The notes beneath the pieces were generated by a model. That model had not been told where the DNA came from. It saw only the letters and a list, made by a program, of their open reading frames with translations, and did no database searches. From assembly GCA_038229555.1 (NCBI GenBank), contig JBBROI010000001.1, positions 253,678 through 285,677 of the forward strand: a stretch of DNA of 32,000 nucleotides, in the 5' to 3' direction. Origin of the DNA: Sphingomonadales bacterium. GTDB taxonomy: Bacteria; Pseudomonadota; Alphaproteobacteria; Sphingomonadales; Sphingomonadaceae. Positions within the stretch are counted from its first letter, which is position 1; each line of letters opens with the position of its first letter. Position numbers and translations under genes: made by a program. This document shows positions 27,778-32,000 of the stretch, piece by piece.

Positions 27778-28478
27778 CGGACGTAGCTGGCCCCATTGAT
27801 GTCGAGCGTCGCCCCGGTCAGCGACGGCGGCGCATCGAGCGCCAGCCAGCGGATGGTCTCGGCGACTTCCCCGGCGTCGGCGACCTTGCCGAGCGGAATG
27901 TCGGCCAGCAGCGTGTCGCCGCCGCGCGACGCCAAATAGTCCGCCGCCATTCCGGTCATGGTGAAGCCGGGCGCGACCGCGAACGCCAGCACCCCGTCCC
28001 GCGCATAGGCCCGCGCGATGGTCTTGGTCAGCGCGATCAATCCGCCTTTGGCGGCGGCATAGTGCCAATGCTGTGGAGAATCGCCGCGATGTCCGGCGCG
28101 GCTGGCGACGTTGACGATGCGTCCGCCGCCATGCGCGCGAAAATGCCGGACGGCATGGCGGCACAGATCGGCAGGGGCTTGCAGGTTGATGGCGTTCGAC
28201 CGCGCCCACATCGCGTCGAAGGCGTCGTCGGTATCGTCGATATCGACGCCTTCGAAGACTCCGGCGTTATTGATCAGAACGTCGATCCGCCCGCCGCTCG
28301 CGTCGAGCGCCGCCTTCCAGAGCGCATCGGCGCTACGGGGTACGGCGAGGTCGGCGGCGATCAGCCCGTCGTCGCCCAGCGTCGATTGGCCGATGACATG
28401 GGCGCCGGCGGCGGTGAGCGCCGCGCGGGCGGCGGCACCGATGCCGCGCGAGGCACCGGTCAGGAGGATGGTTGTCAT
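27774..28478 (-). CDS. Short-chain dehydrogenase/reductase
   Basis: TTILLTGASRGIGAAARAAL (TGxxxGIG), LINNAGVF, YAAAKGGLIALTKTIA (YxxxK), GATLDINGASYVR. Confidence 0.92.
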   Translation of the reverse strand: MTTILLTGASRGIGAAARAALTAAGAHVIGQSTLGDDGLIAADLAVPRSADALWKAALDASGGRIDVLINNAGVFEGVDIDDTDDAFDAMWARSNAINLQAPADLCRHAVRHFRAHGGGRIVNVASRAGHRGDSPQHWHYAAAKGGLIALTKTIARAYARDGVLAFAVAPGFTMTGMAADYLASRGGDTLLADIPLGKVADAGEVAETIRWLALDAPPSLTGATLDINGASYVR

Positions 28479-28519
28479 GCGCGTTGCCTACTGCAGTCGG
28501 TGGCAGCCGGGAAGTCGGA

Positions 28520-30217
28520 TCACTTGGTGTCGCTATACACCGCAACGCTCGGTGCCAGCGGATCGAGCCGGACCCAGAGCGCCATCGCGCCAGCCGCCAC
28601 CGCCAGCACCAGCGCGACGTTAACCGCCGGCCGCCAGCGCCAGACCGGCAGCAGCGGCCAAAGCAGCAACAGCACCAGCGGCGCGAAGGCTGCTACCGCT
28701 GCGGGTATCGGACCGCCAACCCCGAGCAGGATGAAATGCGCAAAGCCGCCAGTCTGCGCCAGCGCCGGGACAGCGGCGAGCGCCGCGAGCCAGCGCGACG
28801 GCGCTCCGCGCGGCGGGGCGAGCGCCAGCACGGCAAGCGCCAGCAGCAGCGGCCATAAGACCACCGGACCGGCGGCGGGCATGAGCACTTGGACCGCGGT
28901 CGCCATGATAAGGCCAAGCAGCCCGAGCCCGAGCCAATTGCCGCGCCGCGCGGCTTCGGAGCCGCTGGTTCCGGCCATGATTGCCAACGCCGCGAGCACT
29001 AGCAGAAACGCCTGGATCTCGAGCCGGGGCAGGGCCGCGAGGCGGTCGTAATAGTTGGTCGGCCCGCCTGCGCCCGACAGCCAATTGCCAGCGAACAGCA
29101 GCGCCCCCGACAAGACCGCAAATCCCAACCCGCGCCCGACCCCCGCGATGATATCGCCCGGATAGCCGCCGCGGCGCACGAACGCCGCCGCCAGCAACAG
29201 CGCTGCGAGGCCGGTGAGCCCCCAGCCGATGACCGGTGGATAGGCGATAGTCGTCAGCCCGAGCACATCGGCGAAGACCGCATCGTCGCCGCGTGGCGGC
29301 AGGGCGTCGGCGCTGACCAGTGCGCGGGTAATGTCGAGCGCCTGCGCGCCAAGGTGCTGGACCGAGCCCTGTTCGATAGCGTCGGGCGTCGCCAGCGGCG
29401 AATGATATAGCCCGGCGCGACCGATAAACGCGAAATTGAACCCGGCGATACCGCGTGCCTTGGCGGGAGAAAAATCGGTGTTGTTGGGCAGCAGTTCGTA
29501 AATCTTGACTGCCATCGAGCTCGCCGACGGATTGGCCACGGTGCGGCGGAACAGATCGACCATCGCCGCATTGCCGCGACCGGTTTCGAACATATTGGCG
29601 CGCCCGCCGCCGCCGCGCGTTTCCAGATTGACGATGACGCCGATGCGTTTCGCCAGCGGATCGGTGGCGAGGAAAGCCTGCGCTCCTTCGAGCCCCAGTT
29701 CCTCACCATCGGTCAGAATGATCGCCAACCCACGCTTCAGCGGGACCGTTTGCAAGGCGCGAGCTATTTCGAGCACCGACGCGACCCCGGCGCTATCGTC
29801 GGCAGCTCCCGGCGAACCCCAGACGCTGTCATGGTGGGCCATCAGCGCGACCACCGGTCCGTTGGCGTCGCTCCCTGCGCGGGTGGCGACGATATTGGTC
29901 CCGAATGCGGTATCGGCGGCACCGCTCCATTTGGTCAGCCGCTCGCGGCCTTTGGCCGACAGTGGGAACCGCGTCTCACGGACATTGAACCCCAGCGCGG
30001 TCAGCCGCGCGACAAGGTGCGCGCGCACCTGCGCATCTTCGGGCGATCCCGTGACATGCGGCGCCTTGGCGATGATGCGGATGTCGGCCATTGCCCGTCC
30101 GGCGGCAAACAGTTGCGGCGCGGCGTCGGCGGGCAGCGCTGCCGGCGGTTGCGCCGTCCACCAGCCGATCAGCCCGGCGGCGAGCAGGGTCACGATAAAC
30201 CCGAACCAGCGCTGCAT
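28520..30217 (-). CDS. M28-family metallopeptidase with C-terminal multi-pass membrane domain
   Basis: VVALMAHHDSVWGSPGAADDSAGVASVLEIAR, LTDGEELGLEGAQAFLATDP; N-terminal signal anchor MQRWFGFIVTLLAAGLIGWW and several C-terminal hydrophobic helices. ATG at 30217. Confidence 0.9.
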   Translation of the reverse strand: MQRWFGFIVTLLAAGLIGWWTAQPPAALPADAAPQLFAAGRAMADIRIIAKAPHVTGSPEDAQVRAHLVARLTALGFNVRETRFPLSAKGRERLTKWSGAADTAFGTNIVATRAGSDANGPVVALMAHHDSVWGSPGAADDSAGVASVLEIARALQTVPLKRGLAIILTDGEELGLEGAQAFLATDPLAKRIGVIVNLETRGGGGRANMFETGRGNAAMVDLFRRTVANPSASSMAVKIYELLPNNTDFSPAKARGIAGFNFAFIGRAGLYHSPLATPDAIEQGSVQHLGAQALDITRALVSADALPPRGDDAVFADVLGLTTIAYPPVIGWGLTGLAALLLAAAFVRRGGYPGDIIAGVGRGLGFAVLSGALLFAGNWLSGAGGPTNYYDRLAALPRLEIQAFLLVLAALAIMAGTSGSEAARRGNWLGLGLLGLIMATAVQVLMPAAGPVVLWPLLLALAVLALAPPRGAPSRWLAALAAVPALAQTGGFAHFILLGVGGPIPAAVAAFAPLVLLLLWPLLPVWRWRPAVNVALVLAVAAGAMALWVRLDPLAPSVAVYSDTK

Positions 30218-30355
30218 TTCGATGTCCCCCCGACGACCGCAACCTTGTGCGCCGCGTTCGCCCGTCGCGACAATAGTGTTTCGCAGCGGCCAACCCAAAA
30301 CGCAAAACGGCCCGGGCTTGGGGCCCGGGCCGTTCGCTTCAGCGCGGTGGATGGT

Positions 30356-31078
30356 TTAGGCGGCGAGAGCAGCCGTGCGGCGGCGCATCGCGGCGCCGAC
30401 TATGCCGAAGCCGGCAATCAGCATCGCCCAAGCGGCAGGTTCCGGCACGGTGCTGCCGATGCCACCGGTGGCGTCGGCACCGAAGTTGCCGCTGACGGTT
30501 CCCGAAAACTGGGCGAGACCGCCGTTTGTGTTGGACGCCGAAAGCAATGGATTGATCGCGTTGATTGCCAGCGCAAGGTCGCGCGCCGTCGAAGTCGAGA
30601 AGTCGAGGAAATCCGACGTGAACGTGACAATATACGGCGGCGTCGAGGTGCCATAATTCGCCGTCGATCCGCCGATGTTGCCGGTGAGTGCGCCGCTGGT
30701 AAAGGCTGCCGTCAGCAGGTTGACACCCGTATGACCGTTATAGGTCACAGCCGATGACGACAGGAAACTGAGCGTGCCGGTCGTTACCGGAGCGATGCCG
30801 AGACCACCAAACACTGCACCGGCGGAGGTGGTAGCAGCAAGGTTGAAGGTCGCGGCGAAATCGGCAAAGCCAGCGCCCGAAGGATTGAGGAAGCGGAACG
30901 TTACCGGAGCGGCGGTGCTGCTCAGCAGCCCGGCACCATTTGCGGCACCGTTGAAATCGATATTCGAAATGCTGCTCGTCGGGATGAATGACGCAAACGC
31001 CGTGATAGCACTCGCCGAAGTTGCGAACGACATGGCTGCAATCGCGACCAGAGCCAATCCTGTTGCCTTCTTCATCAT
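30356..31078 (-). CDS. PEP-CTERM sorting-domain protein
   Basis: Signal peptide MKKATGLALVAIAAMSFATSASA; tail STVPEPAAWAMLIAGFGIVGAAMRRRTAALAA. Confidence 0.93.
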   Translation of the reverse strand: MMKKATGLALVAIAAMSFATSASAITAFASFIPTSSISNIDFNGAANGAGLLSSTAAPVTFRFLNPSGAGFADFAATFNLAATTSAGAVFGGLGIAPVTTGTLSFLSSSAVTYNGHTGVNLLTAAFTSGALTGNIGGSTANYGTSTPPYIVTFTSDFLDFSTSTARDLALAINAINPLLSASNTNGGLAQFSGTVSGNFGADATGGIGSTVPEPAAWAMLIAGFGIVGAAMRRRTAALAA

Positions 31079-31258
31079 AAAACCCTTGTTGGAATGTGAG
31101 GTGTCAGGAGTCTGCTCCCTGTCGCACTAACACCCGTTCATATGAACAGTTCCATAAAAAGTGATTTCGCTCGCGCAATAACCTGTTATAATTGCGAAAC
31201 AAAATCGACAAAGCCGAAACGACATCGGGCCGTTGGGCGAATATCGTCCGTCGCGCGA

Positions 31259-31345
31259 AGCATTGGAGCATTGGCGCATCGCCGTACCGATGAGGCCCAA
31301 TCCGGCGATTACTAACGGCATCGGGAAATCTGCATCTGTCCAGAC
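31259..31345 (-). pseudogene. Possible decayed PEP-CTERM tail
   Basis: Minus-strand reading WTDADFPMPLVIAGLGLIGTAMRQ resembles PEPatWAMmIAGlGLiGtAMRRR with PEP and W lost; no intact upstream body in frame. Confidence 0.35.
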
Positions 31346-31467
31346 GGGTCGACCGTCCGAACAAATTAAATCGTTTCGCCTGTAGCGTGTCGGAATTCTT
31401 TACACATTTCGCGTGTTCATTACCAAAGCGTTTCAAAAAAATGGCGTAAAATCAAGAATTATGCTCG

Positions 31468-31484
31468 TGGCACGATTCTTGCTT
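31468..31484 (+). promoter_or_regulatory. Sigma-54 (-24/-12) promoter candidate
   Basis: TGGCACGattcTTGCTT: matches the TGGCACG-N4-TTGC core with correct GG/GC spacing, about 40 nt upstream of the ATG at 31521. Confidence 0.75.
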
Positions 31485-31520
31485 GTAATACGATACCGGG
31501 GGGAAACCGGAGTAATTTAC

Positions 31521-32000
31521 ATGAAAATCTCGTCACGCTTTGCTCTCCCAATCGCAGCCGCTCTCTTTACGTTCGCTTCGGCTGCTCAAGCCGTCGTCAT
31601 TCCTGGCGTGTACAACACCGGCCTCGGTGTTGGCGGTTCGGCGCTTGCTGCCGGTGATGGGCAGATCGACGCCAACTACGTCGTGCTGTCGAGCGATGCC
31701 GGTGCCACCGTCGGTGCCCATGCACTGACGTATTACAATGGTGCCTATCTCCAGGACGGTCCGCTGTCGCGCATCGTCAATTTCACTGGTGACGGTTCGG
31801 GCAATGCGGGCACCACCACGACCTTCCGCACGACCTTCAGCCTTGCTGGTTACGACTTCGCCAACGCGACGCTGTCGGGTCAGGCGCTGTTCGACAATTT
31901 CGGCGAAATCTTTCTCAACGGCAATCAGGTCGGCGGCACGATCACCGGCTTTGGTTCACTGGCACCGTTCGGCACCAATGCGAATTTCTTCACTGCTGGC
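31521..32000 (+). CDS. Secreted protein, probable PEP-CTERM family member (truncated by window end)
   Basis: Signal peptide MKISSRFALPIAAALFTFASAAQA, then VVIPGVYNTGLGVGGSALAAGDGQIDANYVVLSSDAG; open to the window edge. The C-terminal tail is not visible. Confidence 0.8.
   Translation, partial: MKISSRFALPIAAALFTFASAAQAVVIPGVYNTGLGVGGSALAAGDGQIDANYVVLSSDAGATVGAHALTYYNGAYLQDGPLSRIVNFTGDGSGNAGTTTTFRTTFSLAGYDFANATLSGQALFDNFGEIFLNGNQVGGTITGFGSLAPFGTNANFFTAG

Noticed and set aside
27778-28209. N-terminal extension of the prmA ORF
   Set aside because: The extension overlaps the SDR gene in another frame. The GTG at 27777 overlapping the SDR stop gives a normal PrmA length.
27516-29051. 511-aa plus-strand ORF opposite prmA, the SDR and the M28 peptidase
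   Set aside because: It crosses three conserved minus-strand genes and has low-complexity Arg/Ala/Ser composition.

Overview
GC-rich alphaproteobacterial (Sphingomonadales-like) chromosome segment. The core is a hopanoid (squalene-hopene) biosynthesis locus at about 1.5-15.9 kb. On + it carries a secreted TPR protein, hpnA, hpnB, hpnC, hpnD, hpnE, shc (hpnF) and hpnG. On - it carries hpnH, hpnL, hpnJ and hpnI, and then hpnM on +. Housekeeping genes follow: hisS, prfA, prmC, recN, ligA and prmA. Between and around them are accessory genes: a solitary HicB-like antitoxin, an Mrr-type nuclease, a possible Phd-like antitoxin tail, a DoxX-like protein and an LpxR-like protein. The right end holds an SDR oxidoreductase, an M28 peptidase and two PEP-CTERM/secreted genes. 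A third PEP-CTERM protein (phytase-like esterase) is at the left end, followed by tRNA-Gly(CCC). I see no phage, IS element or CRISPR array, and no clearly new multi-gene system. The points most worth following up are: (1) hpnI and hpnJ are present but hpnK is absent, and a palindromic element sits at the hpnJ/hpnL junction; (2) a near-consensus sigma-54 promoter precedes the last secreted-protein gene; (3) three large inverted-repeat elements are confined to the hopanoid locus; (4) a perfect 12-bp inverted repeat could mis-pair the 5' end of tRNA-Gly; (5) several gene relics appear (PEP-CTERM tail, HicA tail, Phd tail); (6) an Mrr-type nuclease lies between recN and ligA.
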